DNA of 63,215 nucleotides, filler included, from Basidiobolus ranarum (lineage: Eukaryota): assembly GCA_040143965.1 (NCBI GenBank). It is 44 parts of 44 records of this genome, joined end to end, with 100 filler letters (N's around TTAATTAATTAA, not from the genome) between each part and the next. Parts side by side here need not be neighbours in the genome. Positions count along the whole stretch, not along the records: positions 36,038 to 37,375 come from JASJQH010005486.1; positions 37,476 to 38,813 come from JASJQH010005487.1; positions 38,914 to 40,251 come from JASJQH010005488.1; positions 40,352 to 41,689 come from JASJQH010005489.1; positions 41,790 to 43,126 come from JASJQH010005490.1; positions 43,227 to 44,563 come from JASJQH010005491.1; positions 44,664 to 46,000 come from JASJQH010005492.1; positions 46,101 to 47,436 come from JASJQH010005493.1; 36 more parts are not named here. One strand, given 5' to 3'. The notes under the pieces are model-generated. The model did no database searches. It was not told the origin of the DNA and saw nothing but the letters and a program-made list of their open reading frames with translations. This document shows, piece by piece, positions 36,610 to 49,188 of the stretch. The position numbers were made by a program, and so were the translations under genes. Each line of letters starts with the position of its first letter. The first letter of the stretch is position 1.

Positions 36610-37373
36610 AAGGGTTGGGAAGAGTTTTCTGGTACTTGCATGTTGTTGATCTTAAATCCATGATTCTTCTTTGGACAAGTTCTTGCTACATGTCCAGGGG
36701 CTCCACAATAGAGGCATAGATTCTCTTGTTGGCGTCGATATTTCTCCTCAGGGCTAAGCTTTCTAAAGCGAGTTCCATCAATTTGCATTGGGTCATCAGC
36801 TTGAGCTGTATTTTGTATTTGATGGAAGGGAGGTCTGAAAGTAGATGAAGAAGGAGAGAAGAAAGGAACCATATTTCTTTGTTGTTGTCTTTCAAACAAC
36901 CGGTTGTCACATTTGACTGCCTGGTGGATAGCATCAGTCAAGGTCACTGGGTCAGCCATAGTGAGTAAAAGATCCTTAATATTTTCTCGGAGTCCATATT
37001 GAAATTGGTTGATAAGGGCAGATTCTCCCCAATTGAGATCACAGGCAAGAAGGCGGAATTCTGCAGCATAAGTTGATGCAGGTTTTGACCCTTGTTTAAG
37101 TGCACGGAGCTTGGTGGCTGAAGTTCTTTCCTTATCTGCATTTCCAAATGTGGCTTCTAGTTCAGCAAGAAAGGCAAGGAAGTTTGTAAGTAGTGGAGAT
37201 TGACTTTCCATCAAAGGGGCAAACCAAGATAGAGCTGTTCCTGATAATAGTGTTCCTACTAAGCCTACTCTTGTTTGGTCAGAGGGGTAGCGATGGGGAT
37301 GTAACTGGATGATGAGCTTTACTTGGTTAATAAAACCACGATAGTTTTGGCGAGTGCCATCAAACTTATTTGG
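36582..37373 (-). CDS. Ty3/gypsy Gag (Sushi/PEG10-like), 5'-truncated, intact frame
   Basis: PNKFDGTR, LLSGTALSWF, LKQG..PASTYAAEFR, QFQYGL, PMQID, CLYCGAPGHVARTC zinc knuckle. Confidence 0.95.
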   Translation of the reverse strand, partial: PNKFDGTRQNYRGFINQVKLIIQLHPHRYPSDQTRVGLVGTLLSGTALSWFAPLMESQSPLLTNFLAFLAELEATFGNADKERTSATKLRALKQGSKPASTYAAEFRLLACDLNWGESALINQFQYGLRENIKDLLLTMADPVTLTDAIHQAVKCDNRLFERQQQRNMVPFFSPSSSTFRPPFHQIQNTAQADDPMQIDGTRFRKLSPEEKYRRQQENLCLYCGAPGHVARTCPKKNHGFKINNMQVPENSSQPLENFNAQLQ

Positions 37374-37475
37374 TANNNNNNNNNNNNNNNNNNNNNNNNN
37401 NNNNNNNNNNNNNNNNNNNTTAATTAATTAANNNNNNNNNNNNNNNNNNNNNNNNNNNNNNNNNNNNNNNNNNNN

Positions 37476-38441
37476 ATAGATCTCCTCAGCAAGCTCACCA
37501 TTCAAAAAAGCTGTTTTAACATCCATTTGATGTATAATAAACTGATATTTAGCTGAAATTGCTAAAATCAATCTAATTGAATTAAATTTTGCTACAGGAG
37601 CAAAAGTTTCTGTGTAATCTATTCCTGGTGTTTGGGAATAGCCTTTGGCTACTAGTCTAGCCTTGTACCTTTCTATATTGCCATCAGAGTTGTATTTAAC
37701 TTTAAACACCCATCGGCAGCCAATTGATTTTCTATCATCAGGTAAGTTGGTTAAAATCCAAGTTTGATTATCAATTAAAGTGTGGTACTCATCAGCCATT
37801 GCAGATCTCCAAAATTTTGTGTGAAGGCCATTTAGGGCCTCTTTCACAGTCTGGGGTTCATGTATTTCAGCTGTACAGGGATAGGCCCAATTTTGGGACT
37901 TACTGATATAGTAATCAGGGCTATGTCCGATCCAATTCGATCTCCTGGTTTGGGATGAAGGTACTACAGCTTCTGGCATTTTATTCGGCACTTCATGAGG
38001 CAAAATTCTGGTTGAAGCATCCACAGGAATGCTATTTTCATTATTGTATTGGTTTAAATCAATTTGAATGATTGGATTGTGAGAAAATTGATTTTTACTA
38101 TCATCTGAGGCCATTGGGGGTGAAAATCTTCATTTTCATTAAACAAAACATCCCTGATCTTGATTATCTTGGAAATTTCAGTATCATAGAGTCTGTAGGC
38201 CTTAGTTTGAGTACAATAACCCAGAAATATACATTTCTAACTTTTTGGATCCAATTTAGACCAATTTTTGGTCATATTTATTACATAAGCAATGCATCCA
38301 AAGATCCTCAAATGTTTTATATCAGGTTTAACTCCAAACCAAGCTTGACATGGTGTAGTGTTAGACTGTTGTGCACCAACATACAAAGTTGTTTAAACTT
38401 ATGCCATATCTTTCCAACTTGTTTGAATATCTGTTTAGTTT
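37476..38441 (-). mobile_element. Copia integrase C-terminus and RT fragment
   Basis: EPQTVKEAL, CRWVFKVK, RYKARLVAKGYSQTPGIDYTETFAPV, QMDVKTAFLNG. Confidence 0.95.
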
Positions 38442-38813
38442 CCCTAACAAAAATAAAATTGATTTGATCTGGATCGGATCCACCCTCCAAAATAGCAAAA
38501 CTGTCAGAGCACCGTCACAATATTATTGGCTTGCATTCTGCCAGGGATTTTGATGGTGTGACAGTGGCTTCTTGATGGTATCTTAATGGTATTCATACAT
38601 GTTAAAATATTGATCCTCAAATTTGGCATGCATTATTCAATGTTCAGCAATTTTTGCAAAAATATAACTTTTGAATGGCAAATTACTCGGTTTACTGCTG
38701 TAGAATTCAAATTAATATGCATGCCTTTATTTAGATATTTTAGGCTTTGTATTCCAGCCATAATGAGAATCAAAAAATACAAGAATCTTGTTGTGTTTAG
38801 TCTCTACATATGC
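38442..38813 (-). mobile_element. CACTA-like right end, TIR CCCTAACAAAAAT
   Basis: Overlaps the transposase 3' region in 42850-43126 and 5906-6190; inserted into copia. Confidence 0.85.
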
Positions 38814-40351
38814 NNNNNNNNNNNNNNNNNNNNNNNNNNNNNNNNNNNNNNNNNNNNTTAATTAATTAANNNNNNNNNNNNNNNNNNNNNNNNNNNNNNN
38901 NNNNNNNNNNNNNAACCTTTTTCACTAGTGGCTAATTTTTATAAATTTCACATGCAGGAAAATTTCCACCAGTGATGGACAATGTGTCATGTAACACCCG
39001 CTAATGCCTCTAAGGAAACACAGCCATGTAGAATATATTCCATAGTACTACTCCCTATCATTTGTGTTTCTAATGCCGTCATTGGTATGACGAAGCTTTG
39101 CAAGGAAGAATTTTGTGGGTGAATAACAAAAATTACTAACATTTCCAAGTAACAGTACCTGGTTAAGCACGTGGACATTATTTATACTTCACATACCATA
39201 GTCGCGAAGTAATTTACGCAAATTACTTCAATTATGTGCTGAGCTAATAAAGGCAGTTTTATTGTATTATGCTGGAACAATATTGTAAATTGAGTTAGAA
39301 AAGTTTGTTCACGAATTCTTTGCAAATTACCGAAAAATGTTTATGCAAACCAATTAAAATGAACCAAGCCTATAGAACAATGTTTGGTAGAAAAACTCGT
39401 GTTTGGGTAATTTATCTGACAGCACAAATTTTACATAGGTACTTAATGCAAACTAGACCGATTAAGCTCTGAATACTCGAAAGAGTTTAGTAACAAACAA
39501 TAGTATTGCAGCTTTTGAATAGAGTATCACTTGTGCCAATTTTGACATAAAGAGTAATCAATTTAGAGAGTCGCCATGACACAGTGCACTGAATATATAT
39601 TAGGCAAAATGAGATATTAGTGCTGTATGATTGCATCAAAGTAGCTTTCAAGATCTTTACAAGCTATACTAAGAATAACTTGCTGTCAGAGTATATACTA
39701 CCTCGATAGAAGTTAATCAATATGTACCCATTATGTTGGCAGCAATAGAAATACAATATAAAAACATTTAGTCAAATATCCAATCATGCTACATGAGGCT
39801 TGGTGAGAAATAAAGAGCTGTTCATTCACCACAGTAATGGTGTTCATACTTATGCGTAGTCTATTTGGCTTAATTACGTGAATATGTTATAACCTTGGCA
39901 GTTCGTACGATTTATTTTTCAAATATTTCTATTTCAAATATATTGGTGAATATATTGATTTCGTAAATTCCGTTTGAATCCGCTTTTAAAGCAAAAAAAA
40001 TTGTCAGTGCTGTTAAAAACAACTGCGGAAACTTCTAGCATAATTCCCAATCATCCGGGATCGAGGATGACGGATCTGTGATAAAAATGGCAGATCCCAT
40101 GAATCCAGAACGTGACAGATCATTGTCCCACCCGATTAATAGCATAGTAACAAACAAGCCTAGATAAGATATGTGACTGTTTAGATTCAGCCATTCTTGC
40201 CGCGCGGAAGTTCGGGCAAATCAACATTCAAATACAAGTGGCTTTAATAGGNNNNNNNNNNNNNNNNNNNNNNNNNNNNNNNNNNNNNNNNNNNNTTAAT
40301 TAATTAANNNNNNNNNNNNNNNNNNNNNNNNNNNNNNNNNNNNNNNNNNNN

Positions 40352-41689
40352 TACATCTTGTTTACATCTCTGAGACCCTCAATTAAGGTGCATATAATCA
40401 GCCAAAAAAACATTCAAAATGCTTGGGAAACACTTGAGGGACTATATGAGACTTAAGGTTTGGCTAATATGCTATTTTTTGGGCAGAAATATTCTCAACT
40501 CAGATGAACTCGGATGATTAAATACTTTATCATATAAATTGGCTAAAGAATATGGCAGATCAGCTCTCATCCATTGAAGTATCTCTGAATGAAGATGACA
40601 TATTCATGACACTACTTGGGAGCCTGCCAGACAAGTTTTGAACCTCATAATTGCCCCAGAATCAAGATCAGAGCCACTAACAATGGAATATGTTAGTGCT
40701 AGGATTTTGAATGAGCAATTAAAGAGATATAATTCCCAGCAAACTAATGCAGAACATGCAATTTTTGGAGCTGTAAAGTGTCCAACATGCTTCTATAATG
40801 ATGCCCCTGATAGGAAATCAAAAATCTGGGAGTATTGCAAAAAATCAGGCCATATTATCAAAGATTGTAGAAAGAGGATTTTTGCCAAAAAGCTAAAATT
40901 GAAATAAGCACATCATAAGATCAACTCTGGCACTCTCAGCCATCCACAACCTTGATCTACATCAAATGGATGTAAAAACTGGCTCTCCTATAGGAAATCT
41001 AGAAGAAGAGATTTATATGGAGCAATCAGATGGATTGGCAGACCCAACACATCCCAGTATGGTCTGTAAACTGCACATATTGCTAAATAGACTCTACCAG
41101 GTACCCAGGACATGGTACAATCCGATAGATATCTATTTGAAGCACTGGAATCCCAAAAATGCACAGCAGATCACAGTATTCACATCAAAAAAACCTGAAA
41201 GAGTATTCTTATCTTGGCACTATATGTGGATGACTTGATTGTGGCTAAAATTGATCTAGAAGCATTTAATCAGACAAAACGCAGCTTATCAAACCAATCT
41301 CAGATATCTGATATGGGTGAATTAAGTTATTTTCTGGGAATCCAAATCAAGAGAGTTAAACTAGTCAGAAAATCATGCTGAATCAGTCTAGATACATCCT
41401 AGACTTCCTAAAATGCTTCCACAAGAAAAAGAGCAGGCTTGTATTGACACCATTGGATCTCAATGTGAAGTTAAACAAAATTTCATCCAAATTAGCCCAA
41501 AATGACTCAAATCAAAGCCAGGAGTTCCCTTATCAACCCATGGTGGGTAGTTTAATGTATAAAATGGTTGGAACACATCCAGACATTGCTGTTGCAGTGG
41601 GAACAGTCAGCCAATATCTCAAAAATCCAGGATCTGATCACAAAACTGCAGGAGAATGAATATTCAGGTTTTTGACTGGAACTATAGAT
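40352..41689 (+). mobile_element. Decayed copia with gag joined directly to RT (protease and integrase deleted)
   Basis: LLGSLP, YCKKSGHIIKDC, then HQMDVKT, IYMEQ, LYVDDL, PYQ.MVGSLMY. Confidence 0.85.
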
Positions 41690-41789
41690 NNNNNNNNNNN
41701 NNNNNNNNNNNNNNNNNNNNNNNNNNNNNNNNNTTAATTAATTAANNNNNNNNNNNNNNNNNNNNNNNNNNNNNNNNNNNNNNNNNNNN

Positions 41790-43126
41790 AAATTCAATAT
41801 AAATGAGCCATTTGAGATAGGATCAAGGTTTGCATCAATTGGGAAAATGCTTGAAAGCATCAAGATACCATCATATTTTACCAGGACTCCCATCAATATC
41901 CACTCATCTAGGCATTTATTCAAATGCAAAGACTGGAAGTATTGCATTTGTATATATTCAAGTGGAATTTTGAAAAGATTTCTGCCTAATAAGTATTGGC
42001 AACATTTGGAGTTGTTTGTTGATATTCCTAATATATTCTTATGGCATCAACTCACATTGGCAGATCTCAGGCAGATACAGTGATTGTGCAAAGATTTTGT
42101 AATTGAAAATGAAAATTTAGTATAGGTTTAAAGATGCTAGACTGAATCTATGCCAGTATTCAATACATTCCCTGCTGCATCTTTCACAATGCTTAGAGAT
42201 AACAGGCACTTGCTATACATTCTGGGAGCTCCCAATGGAGCACACCTGTGGTGAAACGATGCTCTGTGTGAAATTGTCAGTATTACCACATGCTAATCTG
42301 ATTAACAATGTTTCAGCAAAATCAATGATGGATGTAAAGTTTTGGGTTAAGGAGACTCCAGAGTATATTGACCTGCCAACAAAGGGCTATTTTCAATGTG
42401 CACATGGGTTTTTGCATTGTTTGAGCACAATAACAGCAACAAAGCCCAATCCATGGACACAGAGTAAGTACCTCTATAATTGGACTATTTTGCTTGTGTG
42501 ATAATCTGACAGTAATTTTAGGAAAGCTGCAAGACAGAATTATTGGTGAGATAGATCAAGACACGTAGCATTATTGTTTTAGCCATGGGGCAATCTATTC
42601 AAGCAATGCCACATCTTCTTGTGGCAGGACATTTGTTGACTGCAAGTTGGGGATATATTGGCTGAATTCTTGACGGAAATTTGCTAAAATCCAGGAGCTT
42701 ATTCTCATTGTGAACAGTAACATGAGTCAGCTATTTGCCCGGTGTCAGTGCTATTCAAAATTTCAGATGTTTAGCATTTTTTCCACCATTAGTTTGTTGG
42801 TAAAGCATATTGATATTGTTGAGTTATGTCTAATCAGTTAAGTATGTGCATATATAGAGACTAAACACAATAAGATTCTTTTATTCTTTGATTCTCAATA
42901 TGGCTGGAATACAAAGCCTAGAATATCTAAATAAATGCATGCATATTAAATCAAATTCCTACAGCAGTAAACCCAGTAATATGCCATTTGAAAATTATAT
43001 TTTTTCAAAAATTGCCAAATATTGAATAATGCATGCCAAATTTGAGGATAAACATTTTGACATGTATGAATACCAGCAAAATACCATCAAGAAACTGCCA
43101 TCTCATCATCAAAATCCCTGGCAGAA
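41790..43126 (+). mobile_element. CACTA-like transposase C-terminus and 3' region
   Basis: IPSYFTRTP, FKCKDWK; continues into the right-end sequence. Confidence 0.88.
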
Positions 43127-43226
43127 NNNNNNNNNNNNNNNNNNNNNNNNNNNNNNNNNNNNNNNNNNNNTTAATTAATTAANNNNNNNNNNNNNNNNNN
43201 NNNNNNNNNNNNNNNNNNNNNNNNNN

Positions 43227-44563
43227 CCAATACTTCCAGTTTTTGCATTTGAATAAACGCCTAGATGAGTGGATATTGATGGGAGTCCTGGTAAAATATG
43301 ATAGTATCTTGATGTTTTCAAGCATTTTCCCAATTGATTCAAACTTTGATCCTATCTCAAATGGCTCATTCATATTGAATTCTCCACTATATAGCTGAGT
43401 AAGTAGTATTGGAATGCTGTTGAATAGTAAGTGCATAGTTCCTAATGGGAAGCTCTGGCTCCAGCTGATACCCATTAGCAATATGATCTTAGGCTTACAG
43501 CTAATACCAAGTATGATATTAGACTGGCTATTTGGTGAATTGATATCAGTGATCATGTTGAAATCTGACTGGGCTCTTGATAGTAAGATCATGGAGCTTA
43601 GTTTGGTATTTGGATAGTAGTAAAGTATATGCCTGATAGAGTACACTCCATTGATTTGACAAAATCTACAGCAAGATAGTGCATTGTGCCCACAAAGGTC
43701 TCCAAGGTTACTGATGGCAGGAGAGCCACCAATACATACATTGATATTAGCTTTAATTATATATTCACCCATCTGAACCACATTAGATAACTGTTGAAAA
43801 TCTGCAATCAAAGGCTCCAAGAAGCTTTCTATAGGCACTGGTGATTGAGGTCCAGATATGATAGATAGTATCAAAATATTATGACTGTAATACTGCTCAG
43901 AAGGAGGAAGATTTAAGTTAATCAAAATTATTGGCCAGCAAGTCTTTCCAATGGTATATTTGTTTAGTGAGAAACCATCCAGAGCCAATGCAAATGCACC
44001 ATCAAATATGTTCTCTAAGAAACTTGACTTTTCAGATTCTGGTGGTTATATCCATCAGGTATATTGGTAATACCAACAGCTTTATGGTGAGTACTTTGCT
44101 ATTGGATCAACAATCTATATTTGGGTGGTTTTATCAGCACTTTAAGATGGGGAATCAATGTTATGTAAGCCAAATGTTAGCAGTATTTACCTAATTCAGT
44201 GATTGCAATTGTGTGCAAACAGTACATGACTTCAGGTTTTTGAAAACACCGGTGTAAGCCAAACAGCCATTTGGACATGAAGGTAGTTCAATTACTGAAT
44301 GCTTATATGTCATATAATTGACAAGTGTTTTCCACTTGTACCAGGCCTGTGGCAAGCAACAGTTGCCAACCAACTGTGAAAAAAGTGCAAGAAAGCCAAT
44401 AAACACTTTGTTACTAAGATTGGATTGAACTCTCCACTCCTCAATAATCAAAGCTGCTTCCTTTTTCTAAGTGTTGTGAGTGGACTAATGCTTGCTGATA
44501 ACAAAGAGTCCATAACAAAACCACGTCTTCTTCTTCAACTTCTGATACACTACCATCAGTACT
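43227..44563 (-). mobile_element. CACTA-like transposase core
   Basis: Long ORF ending at the contig edge with LDGF, NLNLPP, GHNALSCCRFC, MHLLFN; CPNGC upstream. Confidence 0.9.
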
Positions 44564-44663
44564 NNNNNNNNNNNNNNNNNNNNNNNNNNNNNNNNNNNNN
44601 NNNNNNNTTAATTAATTAANNNNNNNNNNNNNNNNNNNNNNNNNNNNNNNNNNNNNNNNNNNN

Positions 44664-46000
44664 AAATCTCTTAAGCCAGAGTTGAACAGTTTCTTATTGG
44701 ATTAACATATTCATGCACATAAACCTCGTGGATTACATGTAAGGTTGTACAAGTTCAGATCCTTTTCTCCTAAAGCTAAATAATTCCCATTTTGATTTCT
44801 AATGGTGCATCCTGACTTATCAAAATTGATTATTAGCCCTTCTAAGGTGACTTTGCATACAGATATTAAATTCTTGGCAAAATCTGGAACATGTAATACA
44901 TCCTTAAAAGTACATATTTTCTCTTCAGAAGCTCCAGTTAAATTGACTTGAATTCTTTCCATTCCAATAGCATCCAATGTGCAGTCATCTCATATGAAAA
45001 CATTTCTAATTAGGATTTCTTCATAATCCACAAACCAATGTTTTTCATTGGTCAAATGTCAGGAAGCTCTAGAATCAATATGTAATATCTGAGAATCCTT
45101 GTTGGGAGTCATAGATAGAGCAGATATGAACAAGCAATCTTCTGTTGTAACCGTATTTCCAGATTGAGTACATTTTTCTTCTTTAGCAATTCTTTTAAAG
45201 CAATCTTGGCTTAAATGTCCAGTTCAATTACAGTAATCTCAAAATGTGTTCCTTTTCTTTTTAAAATGCCTTTGACCTTGATATGAAGATTTCCCATAGC
45301 CTATTAAAGCATTTTGCTCTTTCCTTTGGTTGGATCCTGATTTATGTAAATCTTCATCCAGAAGTCTGCCAAATATATTATTTAAGGTCAAATTTTAAGT
45401 TCTTGATTCTAGAGCCATTACTAGGCTCTGAAACTCAAGTGGCAGGCTATTTAGGACTGTAACTATGATATCTAGATCAGTAGTAGGTATTCCAATGCAT
45501 TCCATTTCAACCACTAAAATAATGACTGTATTAATTAGTGATTTAATGTCTCCTCCTGGCTTCATCCTTGAGTATAAAAATTGTCTTCTTAGAAACATAT
45601 TCTTGGCACCACAACTTGTTTGATAGGTATCTTCCAAGGCTTTCTCTACCTTCTTGGCAGTTTAAGCTCTTGAACATTCAATTAGCAATTTGTCTTTAGC
45701 ATTAAGTCATATTGTGTCAAAGTCACATTGTTTTTTTAACTTGGAGTACAATTTTGGCTGCAGATAGTTTTACATTGATTTCTTCCCCTACAACAATCTC
45801 TCAAAGTCCTTTTTCTTGCAGCGGCAATTTTCATTTTAATTTTCCATACTTGACAATTGGTCCCATCCAATTTTTAACAAGAGGGAAAAGTTCCAAAAAT
45901 TTGAGAAGTAGACACTACAGAGAGTGCAAGCTTGGGGCTCATACCCTGTTTAAGTATTTGGGGGCCTGTTGGAAGTAGTCTGGAGTATTAGAGGAATTGG
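44664..46000 (-). mobile_element. Copia 5' end: LTR-B (45947-46000), PBS (45934-45946), gag and protease, decayed
   Basis: LTR end CA followed by GGGTATGAGCCCC; VLNSLP..FQSLVMALES; DVLHVPDFAKNLISV. Confidence 0.9.
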
Positions 46001-46100
46001 NNNNNNNNNNNNNNNNNNNNNNNNNNNNNNNNNNNNNNNNNNNNTTAATTAATTAANNNNNNNNNNNNNNNNNNNNNNNNNNNNNNNNNNNNNNNNNNNN

Positions 46101-47015
46101 GTTTACCTCAATCAGAGTAATCCTAGCCATTGCTACCCACCAAGGAATGCTGATTGAACAAATGGATATCAAGACAGCATTTCTTAATGGAGAAATTGAT
46201 GAAGATATATATATGGATCAACCTGAGAGATATATTGCAAAAGGAAAAGAACATCTAGTATGCAAACTACAGAGAAGTCTATATTGTCTGAGACAGGCTG
46301 CGTGTGCATGGTATACCAAAATCAATCAGATCTTCATTAAACATCTTTTCCATTGTAGCAAAGCTGATTGCTGCATATACTTCAAGACTATCAAAGCTAC
46401 CAAAGTGATAGTTCCTCTCTATATTGCTGATATGATAATAGTTAGTAATCGCTCAAATCTAATGAAACAAACTAAGACCTTGCAATTTACCACGTTTGAA
46501 ATACAAGAACTTTGATCACTAGCATATTGTCTTTGAATCCAGACACATCAAAGTTCCACTCTTGGAACACTCTGTATTATGCAAGAAAAATTTATTGATG
46601 ATATTTAAACAGATTCAATATGTTGGAATGTAAAACAGCTTCCAATCCACTACACATGCTGAAACTTACTAAGGATATGGAACCAAAGACTCTGAAGATA
46701 TTGAAATCATGAAACATATTCCTTACCATAGTGCAGTTGCAAGTCTCATAAATGCAACAACTGGTAAAAGGCCTAATATCGCAACTGCAGAAATCATAGT
46801 AAGGAAATAGATGGAAAATCCTGCAATGGAACAATGGATAGCTGTGAAACAGATGATATGCTATCTGAAACAAACAATAAACCATGGAATTGACATTAGT
46901 AAGCAGTACAACATAACACTAATTTTAGAAGGATATGCCAGTGCAGACTGGGCTAATGATACAGAACAACATAAGTCCAGAACTGAATATATATCCCTGA
47001 CAGAAGTAAAATTGA
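46101..47015 (+). mobile_element. Copia RT fragment, joined to a CACTA 3' region at about 47016-47436(-)
   Basis: QMDIKTAFLNG, IYMDQPE, WIAVKQMICYLK, GYASADWA. Confidence 0.9.
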
Positions 47016-47537
47016 TTTGAGTGATCAGACATAACTCAACAACATCAATATGCTTTACCAGCAAACTAATGGTGGAAAAATTGCTAAACATCTGAAATTT
47101 CAAAAAGTACTGACACTTGACAGATAGCTGACTCTTGTTACCATTCACAATGAGAATAAGCTCTTGGATTTGGGCAAATTTCCAAAAGAATTCAGCAAAT
47201 ATATCCCCAACTTGCAGTCAACAAATGTCCTGCCACAAGTAGATATGTCAATACTTGAATAGATTAACCCATGGATAAAACAATAATACTGTGTATCTCC
47301 ATCTATCTCACCAAGAAGTGTGTCTTACAGCTTTCCTAGAAATACTGTCAGATTATTACACAAACATATTAGTCCAAATTATAAAGGTACTTACTCTGTG
47401 TCATGGATTGGGCTTTGTTGCTGTTATTGTGCTCAANNNNNNNNNNNNNNNNNNNNNNNNNNNNNNNNNNNNNNNNNNNNTTAATTAATTAANNNNNNNN
47501 NNNNNNNNNNNNNNNNNNNNNNNNNNNNNNNNNNNNG

Positions 47538-47726
47538 GCCAGTACTCTAGGCTATGGCATCACTCGAGGCTCCATGATTGTTGCCTGGCTATACTTTGCC
47601 TTTGCGATTGTATGGATCGGGGTTGAGTTTGTTGTATCTCATCCAATTTCTAGGATTAGCTTCGGAGTTGTAGAATTTGGATTTGCCTTAGCAATCATGG
47701 GTATTGCCTTCCACTTTGGATGGTAA
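47538..47726 (+). CDS. C-terminus of an unknown multi-pass membrane protein (paralogue 1)
   Basis: ASTLGYGITRGSMIVAWLYFAFAIVWIGVEFVV...SFGVVEFGFALAIMGIAFHFGW-stop; ungapped protein-level match to 48670-48870. Confidence 0.8.
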   Translation, partial: ASTLGYGITRGSMIVAWLYFAFAIVWIGVEFVVSHPISRISFGVVEFGFALAIMGIAFHFGW

Positions 47727-48669
47727 ACTATACGAAAGTACGGTCATCACTCAATCACCTTTGTAATACCATGTATAATTCCTTTAATTTTCCCTCAAAT
47801 AATAAGAATAGTGTGAAGTTCTTCTGCAGTCAAAGAACATGAAATTTGTGAATAAAATTTTCTCTTGATAACAAACTTCCAGCCTTGCTTTAAATCTAAT
47901 CATCATGTAACACCTATAACTACTTAATTTACGATTAAGATAATCAAATCATTTGAACGCCTGGAGGTTACATATCTCGGCTACCTATTAAAGCATAAAT
48001 CCACCAACCCGAAAATTGTAGATGAATAATTAGAATTCGAATTGGTTTTAATACGTTTTGAGAGCTCGAAACTACTTGCGGCCTGAACATGTGTGAATGG
48101 GCCAATTTGATTTATCCTGCTCTAGTTCTGGTGGAAATTCAAGCGATCATTCTTATAACAGCCACATCACTATTATCAACAAAGCTACTACCGGTATGAT
48201 ATCATTCTACCAATTGTTGAATATTGGACATTATTATGATAACCAAGTAATTTCATTTCTCGAGCTTGGTACTTGGAGTTATGTGAGTATCGTGGAAATT
48301 CAGTGGATATACTGTGGTTAATAATATGGAGGTAGTACAATCCGATAGTGACCCCAATATTTGTATCGAAAACGAATAGGTTAGTGCTAACCAGCATGAG
48401 AGTTACCTCTGCCACTTAGATAATATAAATTATAATGCTTTACGAAATGTTCGACTTCATCGTAGCTGTTTATCTAAAATATTTCCTCACTTGGACTTAA
48501 CGCATCACTCGGAAGTAAAGATTTTCTTAACTCTAATTTTATTTGCCCAATAAGAAGATAGTAACTAATGAATTTACATATTAAAGATGTCGTAGAAACA
48601 GAATGAGTGGACTATTTTGTAGTATCAATTTTAAGTAGTATTATTAGCTGGTAAGAATCTAAAAGACGT

Positions 48670-48870
48670 TTACCAGCCTTTACTAAATCCAATGGTCATG
48701 ACTGTTAATGCCAATCCAAACTGGACTAGACCAAATACCGAGTCAACGATGCCATTGGCTATTACTAGGTCTACTGCTACCCAGGTAACTCCGATAGCAA
48801 AGTAAATCCATGTCAGAATCATTGAGCCACGGGTGAGTCCAAGGCCAAGAGTACTGGCTGTCAACATCCA
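48670..48870 (-). CDS. C-terminus of an unknown multi-pass membrane protein (paralogue 2)
   Basis: ASTLGLGLTRGSMILTWIYFAIGVTWVAVDLVI...VFGLVQFGLALTVMTIGFSKGW-stop. Confidence 0.8.
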   Translation of the reverse strand, partial: WMLTASTLGLGLTRGSMILTWIYFAIGVTWVAVDLVIANGIVDSVFGLVQFGLALTVMTIGFSKGW

Positions 48871-48972
48871 GANNNNNNNNNNNNNNNNNNNNNNNNNNNN
48901 NNNNNNNNNNNNNNNNTTAATTAATTAANNNNNNNNNNNNNNNNNNNNNNNNNNNNNNNNNNNNNNNNNNNN

Positions 48973-48998
48973 CCCAGGTTCAAATCCTGGCCAGACCA
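48973..48998 (+). tRNA. tRNA-like 3' fragment (T arm, acceptor 3' strand, discriminator; no CCA), probably inside an LTR
   Basis: CCAGG-TTCAAAT-CCTGG T stem-loop (B box) followed by the 7-nt CCAGACC and A. Confidence 0.7.
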
Positions 48999-49188
48999 AT
49001 ATTTCTCCCTAAATAATTGCAATAGTTTATGAGCCCCAGTTAGTGCTAAATCTGGAAATCCTTCTTGAGGGGAAATGTCGAAAGTCTAATGACTTGTGGT
49101 ACAAGCAGTAATTCCCAAGGAGAAAAATATGGAGTATGGTGACTTTATCTGAACATAAAGTCTATGGCTAATCAGTTTCTTGTATAGC
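48973..49188 (+). mobile_element. Candidate TRIM with tRNA-bearing LTR: 5' LTR end 49024, PBS 49025-49037, PPT 49067-49075, 3' LTR from 49076
   Basis: ...TGCAATA, GTTTATGAGCCCC (one mismatch to the PBS at 59673), 51-bp interior, GAGGGGAAA, TGTCGAAAG. Confidence 0.6.

Noticed and set aside
38914-40251. Short CACTAGTGG...CCACCAGTG inverted repeat and small ORFs
   Set aside because: Only about 50 bp, single copy, no TSD; the contig looks like unique intergenic DNA.
48973-48998. Minus-strand TGGTCTGGCC... as a PBS for the neighbouring gypsy
   Set aside because: No CCA complement beyond the discriminator, and it lies past the 3' LTR side of that element.
49060-49135. Hammerhead-like words (CGAAA, CTAATGA) and small hairpins
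   Set aside because: Order and stems do not fit a hammerhead core; a PPT/LTR junction explains the region better.
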